Shown: positions 26,915-40,832, numbered from the stretch's first letter. The stretch is DNA of 64,000 bases from Eledone cirrhosa (GCA_964016885.1 OZ024740.1:355198001-355262000); one strand, 5' to 3'. A program made the numbers and translations. Notes: generated by a model from the sequence alone, not told the origin.

Positions 26915-27163
26915 TGTGTGTGTGAATGTGTTTGTAGACCACCTGAAATATAGCTTAAGAGAAACTTGACAATAAGGAGAAGCACCCAAAATTTGAACTT
27001 GTTTATAGAATTCTTTCTGCCTTTGACACTCTAAATATAAATTATAGCTTTAAAGAATTAGCTTTTAATGAATTCCCTTTTCTTTCAACCAATGACCTCC
27101 ACCCATCCCACTCCCCACCCTCTCCTACCACCAGAAAAGATTTGGACAGTCTGATTCTTGATG

Positions 27164-27164
<1 letters not shown>
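26915..27164 (+). mobile_element. Pseudo-LTR family A, 5-prime half ending at the hammerhead core
   Basis: Matches 5010-5460 (reverse) and 10110-10224; stops at gattc-ttgatga-t and turns into (TA)n. Confidence 0.8.
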
Positions 27165-27233
<69 letters not shown>

Positions 27234-27236
<3 letters not shown>

Positions 27237-27432
27237 AACAAGTATGACCGCGTCGGCAGAGCTCAAGCCGTTTCGACGGCTAATTCTGGACTCAATTAGT
27301 TCAGAATTAGCCTGTAAACGGCTCGAGCTCTGCCGTCGGGGTCATACTTGTTCCTATTACCCACTCTACTACCCTAAGTATTGAGTACTTTGGTGCGTTA
27401 TGGTCCACCTGGTTCCTTACATTTCCTTCGTT
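27234..27432 (+). mobile_element. Fold-back pseudo-LTR family C with hammerhead-like 3-prime half
   Basis: Inverted arms 27234-27294 / 27296-27355 carrying GAAA-cggc-ttgagctct-gccg-UC-ggggtc with decay; a unique tail runs to (TA)n; same family at 40633-40833 and 42711-42774. Confidence 0.75.
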
Positions 27433-27544
27433 ATATATATATATATATATAATGTATGTAAAAGGTAAACAGAAATAACAACACAATCGGTACAGTATAT
27501 GGAAGGTATATATTAGGTTAACGCTTGATATAGCAGGAAGAGGG

Positions 27545-27580
27545 TCTTAACATTTCGGACGCTAGTCCTTCATCAGAAGA
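27545..27580 (-). ncRNA. Minimal hammerhead motif, one substitution in helix III
   Basis: tctt-CUGAUGA-a-ggac-tagc-gtcc-GAAA-tg-tt-aaga on the minus strand. Confidence 0.65.
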
Positions 27581-27669
27581 AAGAATGAGAAATAAAATAG
27601 ATTGAGGGGACGGGCGGGATGGAATTGGAAAACATGTCTTTAGATAAAAATAACAGGTCCATTCATGTT

Positions 27670-27776
<107 letters not shown>

Positions 27777-27934
27777 CGACTCCAATTTTGAACTGGTACT
27801 TTACCGACCAAAAATGAACGAAAGACAAGGTTGACCTCGGGCGGTATTTGAACTTAGATCACAGTGAACCGCAAAGCACTCTCCGACGATAAGGGTTTAT
27901 GGATAGAATGAAAATTTTGAGTAATTAAACTTAC

Positions 27935-28017
27935 CTGGTTGGCTATATGTGTTTTGGTAAGGTGATAACAGCATATTGTACAGCAAGAGAACAGACGGAA
28001 TGTAAGTTCTAGCATAT
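27935..28017 (-). CDS. Class A GPCR, probable coding exon 3
   Basis: Acceptor ttcttttttatag, donor CAG|GTAAGT; 83 nt, phase 2 to 1, open as (I)YARTYIPSVLLLYNMLLSPYQNTYSQP(V); phase fits exon 4. Confidence 0.6.
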
Positions 28018-28029
28018 CTATAAAAAAGA

Positions 28030-30090
28030 ATCAGGTATGTCATTGTACATTCATTTCAACTGTGTAGTTATTACTTCATGTAAGTTCTGAAGTATTTTAA
28101 CCAGTATCATTTACATAATCTGGTCCACGTACTTTCCATTTTGGTATCTTTAGCAACTGGATTTTCACCATCTCTCTTGTTATTTGGATGTTTTCTTGCT
28201 TCTGTACACCTGCTCTTGTTTTCCAACCTTCTTTATCCAATCTGTTTTATCATTGTGTTGAACAGATTTGCTCCAAATGTTATTCCAAAAAGCAATGCTT
28301 TCTTCTACATTTGGTCTTACAACATTTTTCCTTTCAATTCCTTCCAGTTTCTCAAACAATCTTTTTTATTAATTTGAAAGAGTCTATTCTGCATGTATTC
28401 GTTACGTCTTTCTTCGTATTTCTTTAGTTTTGCAGTCGTTGTTTTTTATGCGTTGCTTCACCTCCATAGCCACTGCATTAATTTCCTTATTCTTCAAATG
28501 ATATTGTCTTTCCATTACAGCCTATTATTATTATTATGGATTGGCAAAACTACTAGGGCGTCGGGCACCCTGCTTCTCAGCATAGAGTTACGGCCCTTTA
28601 CACCCTGAATTCAAATCTCACCGAGGTTAACTTTGCCTTTCATCCTTAAGGGGTCGATAAAATAAAGCACCAGTAACACACTGGGGGCGATTTAATCGAC
28701 TTCACCTCCCCCCAAATTACTGGCCTTGTGCCTATACTAGAAATCATTATTATTATTGGCAGTATCGGTAGAGGGTCGGACGCCATGCTTTGCAAGCATA
28801 GAGTTACAGCCCTTGCCATTCTGAGTTCAAATCCCACCCTTTTAACTTTGCCTTTCATCCTTACGGGGTCGATAAAATAAAGTACCACTGTATAATTGCT
28901 GGCCTTGTGCCAAAAGTAGAAATAATAATAATAATTATTATTATTTGAGTCTTCCTTTGAATTCTGCTTCTTTCCCAAACCATGTCGAGTGTCAACCTGG
29001 CACCTGAGGCAAAATTTGATAAGACAAACATTTTACAATCAATTGCCATACAAATGATGCTGCTAGGGCTCAAACAACAGTAAATGTCTTTGCAAAGTTT
29101 TTAAATTGATAATGTCCTTCTCAGGGCATGCACTTAGCACTATTTTCTGTATCTCTTGCAGAGATGGCTTTTCAGGTATATAGTTCAAATATTTTTCAGT
29201 TCTCTTTTTTATCATTCCAAGTGCGTCGACTATCAGTGATATTGTACAGTCCTTAAGACGCCACTGAGCTTTCCTAACTGATGGAATGCACATGTCAATT
29301 AAGAAACATGTTTTCTCTTTATGGCCCTTCACAATTATATCAGGTCTGTTGGCTTTGATTGTTCTGTCAGTATTCACGGGGAAATTCTATAGGATTGTCA
29401 CGTTCTCGCCTCCTGTTACTGCATCTGGGTGATGGTTGTACCATTTCCCTCCGTTTTCCGACCATAAAACCTGCACGTTACCCAGTGTAAGTATTGCCCC
29501 ATTCTATTATGCTTTATTTTATGTTCCTGGGGAGCTAATACTTTGCAGCCCGAAACCAGGTCATCAGTGGTCTCAACATGTTCACCACAGAATCGACATT
29601 TTAGGTCAATTCCATTTCTGATCACATTGGCTTGAAAGTTGCACGCTGGAAAACACTGGTCTCGTGCAGTCAAAATGAAGCCGTCATTTTCTGCCTTTAG
29701 CGCAGAACTTCGCAGCCACTGATGGATGAGAGTTTGATCTACATCAAGTTCTTTGCTACGAAGAACATACTGCCCATGCAGTACCTTAATGTTTTACCAA
29801 CACTTTGATATTCTTTGCAGCTTTAATTGCAGAATCACCATTATTTTCAAAATGTATTTCCAATCCTGCAAACTTCCTACTTTCCTTTGTGACTGAATGT
29901 AACATCTTCTTTTCGTGAACTGAAACCATTTTCATCATCCAGTCATCTGTGGTTTTAAGGTATTGATAGAGTCCAATGGTCCTTTACCTCCATTTTGTCT
30001 AGAGAGATAGAGGCGATCCACATCAAAAGTTTCCTGATTTTGTTGTCTATTCTCTTAATTTCATTAACGTCCCAATTTATGATATTATTA
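28030..30090 (-). mobile_element. R4/Dong-like non-LTR retrotransposon relics interrupted by SINEs
   Basis: 28030-28520: FWNNIWS...HN...WI...KIPKWK..GPD. 29060-30090: HGQY, CRFC...ET..L.SGC..LA...HN, ANRPDIIV...IDMCIP (PD-D restriction-like endonuclease). Confidence 0.75.
28540..28925 (+). mobile_element. Head-to-tail pair of tRNA-SINEs joined by an (ATT)n tail
   Basis: Two copies of ggcagtatcggtagag...gagttcaaatccc...gcctttcatccttacggggtcgataaaataaagtacc...gtagaaa; similar dimers at 30115-30455 and 49795-50180. Confidence 0.85.
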
Positions 30091-30545
30091 TTATAAAACC
30101 CATTATTAATACGATCTACGTTCAAATCCCGCCAAGGCTAGCTTTGCCTTTATCCTTACGGAGTCGATAAAATGAAATACCAGTAATGCACTGGAGTCGA
30201 TTTAATCAACTTTTCCCTTCCCGTAAATTGCTGGTATTGTGCCTATAATCGTGGCAGTATCGATAGAGCGTCGGACAACATGCTTCGCAGTATAGAATTG
30301 CGGCCCTTTACGTTCTAAGTACAAATCCCGCCGAGGTTAGCTTTTCCTTTCATCCTTACGGGGTCGATAAAATAAAGTACCAGTCACACACTGGGGTCGG
30401 TTTAATCGACTTTCCTTCCTCTAAAAATTGTTGGTCTTGTGCTTAAAGTAGAAATAATTATTATTATACTTGGTGATAATATTTAGAATTGTTATAATGT
30501 TGTAGTATAACAATTTTTATTCTTTTAGTATTATGGCTGTCTTAC

Positions 30546-30576
30546 ATTGGTCGTTGTCTAGGATAATATTTTATTT
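30546..30576 (-). CDS. Class A GPCR, probable 31-nt coding exon 2
   Basis: Acceptor attctcctgtcag, donor AT|GTAAGA; phase 1 to 2, (E)IKYYPRQRP(I). Exons 2+3 total 114 nt and preserve frame between exons 1 and 4. Confidence 0.5.
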
Positions 30577-30965
30577 CTGACAGGAGAATTATCAATATAA
30601 TAATAGTAACAAGTTTCCAGTAAGACAAGTGTTTAGTTAAATCAGAACCATGACATCTTTATAATGAATCAAACTGATAATGTAAACACAGCAAGGTGTA
30701 CTTAAGAATGTTATGGTTATTCCTTAGGTACCGTGTATAAAAGTAATGATTGTTTAGATGAGATAAAATTGGATATATAGGCTTTCTTCTTAGATTTTAG
30801 GTCAATGTTTGTACAAAAGGGAAATAATTGATTTCATCGATAACATTAGGTAATGTGGACTGCGGTGGTATTACAATTTAATACATAGACTATAATGCAC
30901 TTAGTTTGATGCTCTACGCCCTAATAATTTCTACCTTTCTAAAAATCGATATAATGATATATTAC

Positions 30966-31026
30966 CTGCTTCTAAAAAGCTGCAGAGTAGTAAAACTGCA
31001 AAACACTGAACTAAAATACATTTCAT
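30966..31026 (-). CDS. Class A GPCR, probable first coding exon (signal peptide)
   Basis: ATG at 31026; MKCILVQCFAVLLLCSFLEA has a basic N-terminus, hydrophobic core and small residue at the cleavage site; phase-1 donor CAG|GTAATA. Confidence 0.65.
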
Positions 31027-31396
31027 TATTCTCCTTCGTCCCTCATCTGTAACTGTCTCTACACCGATCACATTTTCTAACCGAACCTTGATCGACCGCT
31101 TCCCTTTCATGCCGGTCACCGTCGAGACCTCTAGTGTCTTTAGTTCCTAGATTGCCGTTTTCTCCCGCAAAATCGGGAGGAATGCATCCCACCTGAGGAA
31201 GAACCCACGTGGGGTAGAATGACTGATGTAGAGGCAGTTCTCAGCAGCAATACTTTCGCCACCCTGTCCGCGGGACAGAGCTGAGATATACCGCTAAGCT
31301 AGAGTGTAAAATCTGTAAACCTCCTCTTCTTTTCATTATTTTGATTTCTCTCTTCCTGTTTATTATGTGAAATATAGAAATTTACGTTTCAAAAAT

Positions 31397-31625
31397 TAAA
31401 CCTTTACATTACTCTATATCTATACCATTATATTTACTATTATATTTTCACAGTAAATGCTTTGCCTCACATAATTATCTGACATTATATTGAATCTATG
31501 AGATTTTGATATTATTTATTTTGAGAACATAACATCAGTATGAGTGGTTAGTTACAGTCGGTTTGAACAGAAAGAGGTGAAAGAATTCTGGCCGGTTTCA
31601 GTCAGTTTAAATGCTAAAGGGTTAA
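31397..31625. mobile_element. piggyBac-like MITE
   Basis: ttaa-acctttacatt ... aatgctaaaggg-ttaa ends; internal sequence matches the minisatellite unit at 8359. Confidence 0.6.
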
Positions 31626-32742
31626 AGCTATGCCTTTCACATCTTCAAACAGCACAAAACTGCTGTCCCACTAAGTCATCTGGTATTTAAAGCTATTTAA
31701 GCGATCAGAACATATTGAGTTCTATGATGACTACACTTTGCTAAAATGGCTTTATATCTGACCCATCCAAGACATTTACGTGTACGTGTGTTACTCCATG
31801 TTTTACATGCAACCAAAGCCAACATTCTAAAATTCCATGGTTTAACTTTCAATGTGATCAACTGATCGAGTAGAGAACTCTGACTTATGACATGAATAAA
31901 AATATATTAAAACATTCTAAATAACATTTGCACCAATTTTTTGAAACATTCTGTCAGAATGTAGCGTTCGTCTAACAGACTGATGGATTGGCAGTATCGG
32001 TAGAGTGTCAGACACCATGTTTGCAGCATAGTTATGGCCCATTATGTTCTGAGTTCAAATCCCACCCAGGTTAACTTTACCTTTCATCCTTATGGGGTCG
32101 ATAAAATAAAGTACCAGTAATGCACTGATAATAATTGTTGGCCTTGTGCCAAAAGTAGAAACAATTATGATATAGATTTAATGTACCACAGTGCCTAGCT
32201 ATTTCTCACATACACTTCCTTTTGTACGTTAATAATTTACTTGGTATCATTTCTTACTGCAGCATTCCGAAACTTATGACTTCACTATTGAGTCCTTAAT
32301 ACAGGTATCAATCACATGCACTGTAAAACCTGCGACTCGATGGCAGCCAATGATGTTGACCTGTTCTTCTCTTTGGATACCTGTCGCTGTTGTTCACACA
32401 GTCAGATTGGTTCAATGCAAGGCCTTTCTCCACTTAAAAACAGCTTCAAGCACAAGCATCACTTAATCTAAACGACTTTCACGTGTGTTGCGTGAGCATG
32501 GCCTTTTCTTATTTCTTTTTCTGCAGCATATGCAGAAAAGAATCTTTGTCCTTGGAGGGCTAAAAGGTCAAGTTCGTGTCACCTATGTATGAAAAAAAGA
32601 TCAAGGGATGGTAATTCTTGAAACAGTTGTAGTAATTATGTATGTATGTATGTATGTATGTATGTATGTATGTATGTGTGTATGTATGTATGTATGTATG
32701 TATGTATGTATGTATGTATGTATGTATGTATGTATGTATTAT

Positions 32743-33917
32743 GGTCAGGTCACCAGTTGGTGCTACTGGTAACATGTATTTCAGTACAACCTGTCCCATG
32801 GTCGGGTCGTTGGCGACTAAACTGGCGACCCCACCAAGATTTCTTGGTGAGGAGGGTGACTTTGGACATCCTGCAGGACTAAAAACCTGTCAAAGGGCAA
32901 AGGAGCTCTTAAGAGTCAATGGCCAGCCAAAATCATCGGGAGAGATGACCCCTTAGCCTTTGTCAAGGCAGAATTCTATGAGAAGGAAAACTCTGATATA
33001 GCACCTGCAACCCTGATGGTATCCAATGATGTTGACTTGTTCTTCTTTTTGGTAAATATCATCTTGGTTAAGAGAGTGGGACTGGCTTTGTGCAGTGCCT
33101 TTGCTCACTATAAAAGCTTCACGGCACAGGCATTGCTTTATATCTGGAGATCTCTCTGCACTTGTCGTCACATGGTACCATGGGCCCAGCACTATGTGTC
33201 AATAATTGTCACAAGTGTAGTGTTTGTACCAGAGTTTTCAAGTCGCTGGCTGGACTAAAAAGTCACACTTGAAAACGAGTTGGCAGCCACCATGTATGTA
33301 TGTATGTATGTATGTATGTATGTATGTATGTATGTATGTATGTATGTATGTATGTATGTATGTATGTATGTATGTATGTATGTGTCGGGTCACTCTTAAG
33401 TGCTACTAGTAACATGTAACCCAGTACAACCTGTCGCATGGTCGGATGGTCGGCGACTAAACCGGTAGCCCCACCAATTTTACTTGGTGAGGAGGGTGAT
33501 TTTGGACACCCTGCAGGACAAAAAACAAAACCTGACAAAGGGCGGAAGAACTCATAAGTGTCAACGGCCATCCTAAAGTGTGTAAATATGTACATACACA
33601 CGTACCGCGCGGTTAAACCACTGAGAGTGAAGGACCCCTAGCCTTTGTCAGGGCATTCTTCTAGGAGAAGGCAACTCAGGAAACTGTGATAACTCCGATA
33701 TCAAACCTGCGGCTCAGTAGTTACCGATGATGTTCTTTTCTTCTTTTCGGGTTATAGCTACTGTCGCTCAGAGAGTGAGATTGGCTCAGTGCACAGTCTT
33801 TCCTCACTTTAAAAAATATGTTTACACACAGGCATTGCATGATAGAATTAATTAATAATTATTAATAATGGTATATCGTGCAATGGCCATACTCGATAAC
33901 GAGGGGGCAGGCATCAT
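32743..33917 (+). mobile_element. Two tandem non-autonomous elements of about 550 bp embedded in (TATG)n, with structured 5-prime heads
   Basis: 32743-33292 and 33383-33917 are colinear homologs, each bounded by (TATG)n; further pieces at 32320-32500 and 56140-56238 (-). Confidence 0.75.
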
Positions 33918-34075
33918 GTATGTATGTATGTATGTATGTATGTATGTATGTATGTATGTATGTATGTATGTACGTACGAAGATGGATTATTGTTATTGTT
34001 AGGACGCGCACTCTTCAAACTTCACACACAAACACACAGAACCACACACACATATATAATTGGTGGACAGAAGAG

Positions 34076-34121
<46 letters not shown>

Positions 34122-34122
<1 letters not shown>

Positions 34123-35134
34123 CGTGGCACGCCGCCCAGGCTTTTCTCTTCCTCTCAACCACATCATCTTCCGTATTCCCAATCTTTGCTCCCAAATACA
34201 GGAAGTCCTCAACCAATTCTAGCGGCTTCCCGCCTACTTTAGTAATCCCCTCTGGCTTCTCAACATTCTCTACCAGATATTTTGTTTTAGTCTTATTCAT
34301 TCTCAGCCCCACACTCATCGACACAGTCTCAACCTCCCGCATCAAATCTTCTGCCTCCTTCACTGTATTTGTCACCAAAACTATGTCGTCGGCAAATTCA
34401 GCATCTGATATCTTTTTCGCCTTAACTCTCCTGCTCTGAGCCGGTGCTAAAGTAAAGCCAGAGTCCTAGTGTTTCTCCAGTGCAAGGCGCATACAATAGT
34501 CCACTACGATGATAAAAAGGTAGGGAGCCAATGTATCTCCCTGGAGCACTCCAGCCAGTATCTCAAAGAACTCTGTCATCCCATCAGGTGTAATGACTTG
34601 GGCTTTGGTGTTGGTGTAGAGCAGTGATATCAGGTCCACTATCCTCTTGGGGATTCCAAGGTGTGGAAATCGGACCTTCGTAAAGACCTGAAAATCCGCC
34701 TCTTCATTGCTGTAGTGGAATCTGTGCTACTGTACGGGTCTGAGACTTGGACACTGACCAAGAAACTCACTCAGATGGTGGATGGGTGCTACACGAGAAT
34801 GCTGAGGATGGCTCTGAACATTAATCAGTATACACTGAGGATGAAAAACTCAGAGCTGTATGGGAGTCTCCCAAAAGTCAGCTCAAAAGTGACACAGAAG
34901 AGACTGAGGTTAGCTGGACATGCTCACCGACATCCAGAGTTGACATTGCACTCAGTGCTCCTGTGGGAGCCCCTACATGGACACACTGGAAGAGGAAGAC
35001 CAAGGTTAACGTATGTTGATGCTCTAAGGACAGACACTGGTCTGTTGGAGACGCAGGACATAGCAGCGATAATGAGGGACAGAGACCGCTGGAGAGAACT
35101 CGTCCATGGATCTCGGGAATTTTACCCGCCCTAG
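34122..35134 (+). mobile_element. RTE-like LINE 3-prime fragment with inverted 5-prime segment
   Basis: 34122-34660 on minus encodes GVLQGDTLAPYLF...FADD...FLYLG...KAWAACH; 34661-35134 on plus continues VWKSDL...ESVLLYGSETWTL...LAGH...GRGRP. Confidence 0.9.
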
Positions 35135-35159
35135 AAATATATGTGCGTGTGTGTGTGTA

Positions 35160-35228
<69 letters not shown>

Positions 35229-35826
35229 GTGTGTGCGTGTGTGTGTGTGTGTGTGTGAGGACCTGTGTGTATGTATATATGTTCTGGTTTTATAAAATAT
35301 TAATAGAGAGAGAGAGTCGGTTTCTAACATAGACACAAGATTCTCTCATTAGAATTTAGACAACTTCAACTATGTAAATATGTATGTACATGTGTAAGTA
35401 TGGATGTTATTGTAAGTGTGGATGTGTATGATTTGAGTTATATGTGTGCATGTGCATATGTTTTGTATCTGTACATGTGTACATGCAGTTATTACATGCA
35501 GTTATTACATGTAGAATTGTTTGGAATGCTTTACATATATTTACTGTTCCATTTAGAATTCTTTCCATAAAGGAAGAACTGGTTTCTCACCAAGAAACAA
35601 AGCTTTGTTGCTGGAATTTGGGTGACAACCAACGGCGAAATGTTGCATGTTTTAACTGTTTCGTGTGCATATTGAGCAAAAGTGAGTATGTATGTATGGA
35701 TGGATAGATCTATGGATGGATGGATACATATATGTACGTATGTGTATGTTTGTATGTATGAATGCATGCATGTATGCATATATGCATATATATATGTACA
35801 TATGAGTATGTATGTATTATGCATAG

Positions 35827-35859
<33 letters not shown>

Positions 35860-36968
35860 TGTATGTATGTATGTATGTATGTATGTATGTATGTATGTAT
35901 GTACGTATGTATGTACGCATGCATGCATGTATGTATGTATGTATGTAGCTATATATGTGTCTACGTATGTATGTACACACCTATGTATGTAAGTGTGATA
36001 TATGTAACTTGATAAAAACAGTTGAAATTGCTTAGCCTTTGAGCGGAACTAGCCAAGGAGAGTTATGATCTTAGACTTTTGTCCGTGACCATCATGTCTC
36101 GACGGGTACATCGTATCTCAGATTACACTAACCAATGCCATTCCATTTTTTCTCTAAACAAACGACGATAGTGTGTGATTTAAAAGTTTTTTTTTTGTTG
36201 TTTTCAGTATGACAAGTGACCACTCACTATCAGAAGCCGACTGAGCCTCATACCCAGCTAGGGTAACCATCACCTCTCGAGTCGACCCATTGTTTATTGA
36301 TATATTTTCAGTTGTTTTTTGTTGTTACCCAACGCAGCTAGACAGTGGACTAGCGCGCCTTGCCTAATGCCTGTTTAGCACAGGGAGTTTCTTCATTGGC
36401 ACAATAAACAGAAGTGATTCAGGGTTTATTTTAGAGAAACTTTACTACAACACAAATTGGGTGCTATGACCCAATGTTTGATATTAGAATTTGTAATAGC
36501 TATTTTCAACATTTTATGAGTGTTTTAAGTCCTTTAACCATAATTTACAACATAAATACATATAGTATTTGACACAAAATGTAAACTCACTGTACAAAAT
36601 TAATAACAAATTGCACCAAATTAGATTTTAAATTGTACAAGCAGGCGTCAACTGCACGTAAAAATAATCACTGGTTAACTTACATGTTGGTCTTCATGGT
36701 TGTCTTCTTTCTTCTATCAGACGCTCTCTATTTCATTAAAAAATAAACAAACACAATTTTTATCCACACCTACATTTACTGTAATGTACCTCCAATAGAT
36801 TTTTTTATAACCACGTGTGATGACGCAATGTTCTCGTCTAATATGTTGTTACTCTGATAACAAGAAACGCTTAATGTTTCTTATCTGTAACTATCCAATA
36901 CCAAACGACAGACATCCGAAGCTGCAACTAATTAGTTCCTTGTCTTCTTTGGCGGCCATTTTTATTTC

Positions 36969-37072
<104 letters not shown>

Positions 37073-37297
37073 ACATATACATATAAGCAATATGCATGCA
37101 TGTATGTATGCTTGTATGTATGTGTGAATGTATGTATATATGTGTGTATGTATGTGTGTATGAATTTATGTATGTATGTATGTATGTATGTATGTATGTA
37201 TGTATGTATGTATGTCTGAATGAATGCTTGTATGTCTGAATGAATCCATGTATCAGATGAGATAGGCATACATTCGTACCTCTATTTACATGCACAT

Positions 37298-37394
<97 letters not shown>

Positions 37395-37837
37395 TATAAT
37401 GTTACAATTTTATAAAGAATTGTGTACAAGATATGAATGTACATTGTGAAGCTCATCAGTAAACAAACAGGACCTAGCAACCATCTTTGCTCAGCCATTT
37501 ACGAGCGTCAAAGCAACCCTCTCTCACCTCACCCCTTGCTCCCCGCCTCCTTACTGCTTCCAATTAACAACCTCAATGAAGTATCACAGAAGCATTTTCT
37601 CTTTTTTTTAAATTTGATTACCGTTTTTTATTTTTTTATTTTTTTTTATAGAGTCCTGTTCTTTATATGAATATAAATATGTAATGTAATATACGTATGT
37701 ATGTATGTATGTATGTATGTATGTATGTATGTATGTATGTATGTATGTATGTATGTATGTATGTATGTATGTATGTATGTATAAATATATATATATATAA
37801 ATATATATATACACACACATATTTATATATATATATA

Positions 37838-38800
37838 CTAGCATTAAAGCCCGGCGTTGCTCGGGATCATTAAGTTACCAAAGTTAGGTTGCACCACCCA
37901 TTTTATGGCAGCACTTTTTTGTCTGCCAGGCACTGGGTGAATGAATTGCAGACCTGGAAGCAGGAGCTGCGCCAGCAGTGACAATTGTAGTTTCGCCTAT
38001 GGATATTATCTCTTTGCAAAAAAGTGTTGAAATTTTTGTTTCACAGTACTTGCGCAACACGCGCGTAGACGATGCCAGCCGAACAACAGAGCTGCGATGG
38101 AGTTGTTCTGCATGGTTGTCTGTGTGTTTTCTAAATTTAAGACAGTAGGGAGGGTTGTGATATGAGGGAGAGTTAGCTGTTGTTTCTAGCAGGTTTAGTG
38201 ACCTCATAGAGGATATGTGTTTTCTAAATTTAAGACAGTAGGGAGTGGTGTGTTATGGGGGAGAGTTAGCTGCTGTTTCTAGCAGGTTTAGTGATCTCAT
38301 AGAGGATATTATTGTTTATCATTATCTATAAAAGGCAGATTGTTGTTGTTGTTGTTGAAGTGAGTGTGTGTTTGTATGCGTTTGGAAAAGAGGTTTTAAA
38401 AAAGATTTATCGCTTGTTGTTGAATAAATGTATCTGTATAAAAGAGAAAGTAGCAAAATGTGTGGGTTGTAGATAGAGGTTAGCAGATGATATGAGAGAG
38501 TAAAATGGACAGTATCACCATCAAGCTTGGAAAGAGAAAGTAGCAGAAAGTATGAAGTTGTATAGATTTTGAATGGTAGTGGAAAGAGTTTAGCAGTTTA
38601 AATGACAGAGAAAAATCGTAAAATATTGAGTTTTATCTATTTTTTGCGTAATTGTGGGCGAAATTGAAAAAATTATCTGTGCCAAGACGCAATCGAAACT
38701 ATTTCGAATACTGAATTGTAAATTTCAATTGAAGAAATTCTATATCGTAGATTTCTATAAGAAAGGAGCATGACCACACACTGAGCTTTATAGATTATGA
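37838..38800 (-). mobile_element. Non-autonomous Helitron-like element
   Basis: Minus strand starts TC after A at 38800 and ends hairpin cccgagcaacgccggg + 8 nt + CTAG before T; inserted in (TA)n; internal duplication of about 93 bp (38123-38305). Confidence 0.65.
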
Positions 38801-38848
38801 TATATATATACACACACACATATTTATATATATATATATACACACACA

Positions 38849-38922
<74 letters not shown>

Positions 38923-39077
38923 CACACGCACGCACACACACATATATATATATATACATGTACACATATATATGTATGTTATACACACACATATATATAA
39001 AAAGGAGGTTCCAAAAAATATATACACAGACAATATTTATTGGAATGGTGTATACATTTTTGGTGGACACCCTGTAT

Positions 39078-39118
<41 letters not shown>

Positions 39119-39184
39119 ATCAACTGCTGATGTAAGAAGCATTGGAATGGGAAATGTGAGTCCCAACACAAATGAGCATAATAA

Positions 39185-39365
39185 TTGTTTCTACTTTTTG
39201 GCACAAGGCCAGCAAATACCCAGTGCATTACTGGTACTTTATTTTATCGACCCCGTAAGGATGAAAGGCAAAGTTAATCTCGGCGGGATTCGAACTCAGA
39301 ATGGCAAGGGCCGTAACTCTATGCGTCAAAGCATAGCGTCCGACCCTCTACCGATACTGCCAATC
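39185..39365 (-). mobile_element. tRNA-SINE, well preserved copy
   Basis: Nearly the reverse complement of 56613-56795. Confidence 0.85.
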
Positions 39366-39559
39366 CACCGATAATAATAATAGTCGAATATTATAAATAA
39401 TAGTTGAGAAAATCGTGTAGAGTATCTCTGGAGATACGTGAACAGAGGCACCTGCGAGGAATCGAATACCGCATCTCTGATGTCTGGCGAGTACTATAAT
39501 CATTTCGATTATTTTGATAGTTTTTCCAATTCGTATCGGGTATATTGTTGTTGATCATG

Positions 39560-40450
39560 CACGCGCGTGAATGTGTGTGTTTGCGAGAGGTAATATTTTT
39601 TATAGTAGTAGCCAAACGTAAAACGCCTGCTAAGGGTCTTAATGCCATTAGAACACACAAGTTTGGACGAAAAGCGCAGAAATTATCGATTAGAACCCCA
39701 GAAAATCATTAGTGCCGTTACTAAAGAATTCAAGGTTTCGTGGTACACTATCGGAAGAACTGAGCATGAGGAGCTCCAATAAGTCATATGTGATGCGGAG
39801 AGGCCATTTCATGTCTGCAGAAACAAAAGATAACTATCTGATTTGGGCAAAAGCTTGTTGATCAAGTTGAAACATCAACAGCCTGGAATGGTTCGGTTTT
39901 TCTCTGATGAGAAAAACTGTGATCAGGTTAACCAAAGGAATGGTAGAGGGTTAGGCATGCACGGTCATGCACATAAATATTTCGGCAACTATTTCCTTAG
40001 GTCTTACGGGTCAATGCTGCTGACTACTATAAGGAGGGGTTGGAGAGGGTTGTGAGGCCTAGTACAGAGAGCGTGAACAAGAAGACGGTACACCTACCGA
40101 CAGACTCTGTGCCGTCTCATAAGATCAAGGTGACCCAAGAATGGATGTGTTGCAATCTCCACGATCATATCACCTAAGTTTCCAGATTTGAATCCGTTGG
40201 ACTACTACACATGGGGCGTAGTTGAGAGGGAAGTCAATCAACGCATTCATAACATTATAAGATCTTTGAATCCGCCATAACTATCACACTGTTCAAAATA
40301 GATAAAGATTATCTGATTCGAGCATGTCAACGTTTCAGACCTCATATTGAAGCAGTCATTATACTAATGGTGAATTCATTGAGTAGATGCACCAAGAAGA
40401 GTCTCACGGTTATTCATGTCAATATCTTTTCTCCAATAGATCTCCTCTTT
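39560..40450 (+). pseudogene. Decayed Tc1/mariner transposase
   Basis: FFSDEK, DSVPSHK...VTQEW, PDLNPLDY..WG.VE motifs spread across frames. Confidence 0.75.
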
Positions 40451-40532
40451 TATGACTTATGTGTCTTTAACTTAATTCCTGCAAATGTCCTCAAAGAACT
40501 GAACAACTCTTTATATGTGACTCCTTATGGCA

Positions 40533-40612
<80 letters not shown>

Positions 40613-40632
40613 GTGTGTATATATATATATAT

Positions 40633-40832
40633 AGGAAAATAGTCAGGATCCCGACGGCAGAGCTCAAGCCGTTTCGACGGCTATTTCTGGACGCGTCCAG
40701 AAATAACCGTCGAAACGACTTGAGCTCTGCCGTCGGGGTTTTGACTCTTTTCCTATTACCCACTCTACTACTCAAAGTATCGAGTACTCTGGTGCGTTAT
40801 GGTTCACCTGGTTCCTTACCACACTTCCCTCG

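Noticed and set aside
32743-32862. Twister ribozyme (tgtcccatg...gaggaggg)
   Set aside because: Lacks the UAA cleavage loop and matching P2; the loop sequence is not conserved in the other copies; the HDV-like layout fits better.
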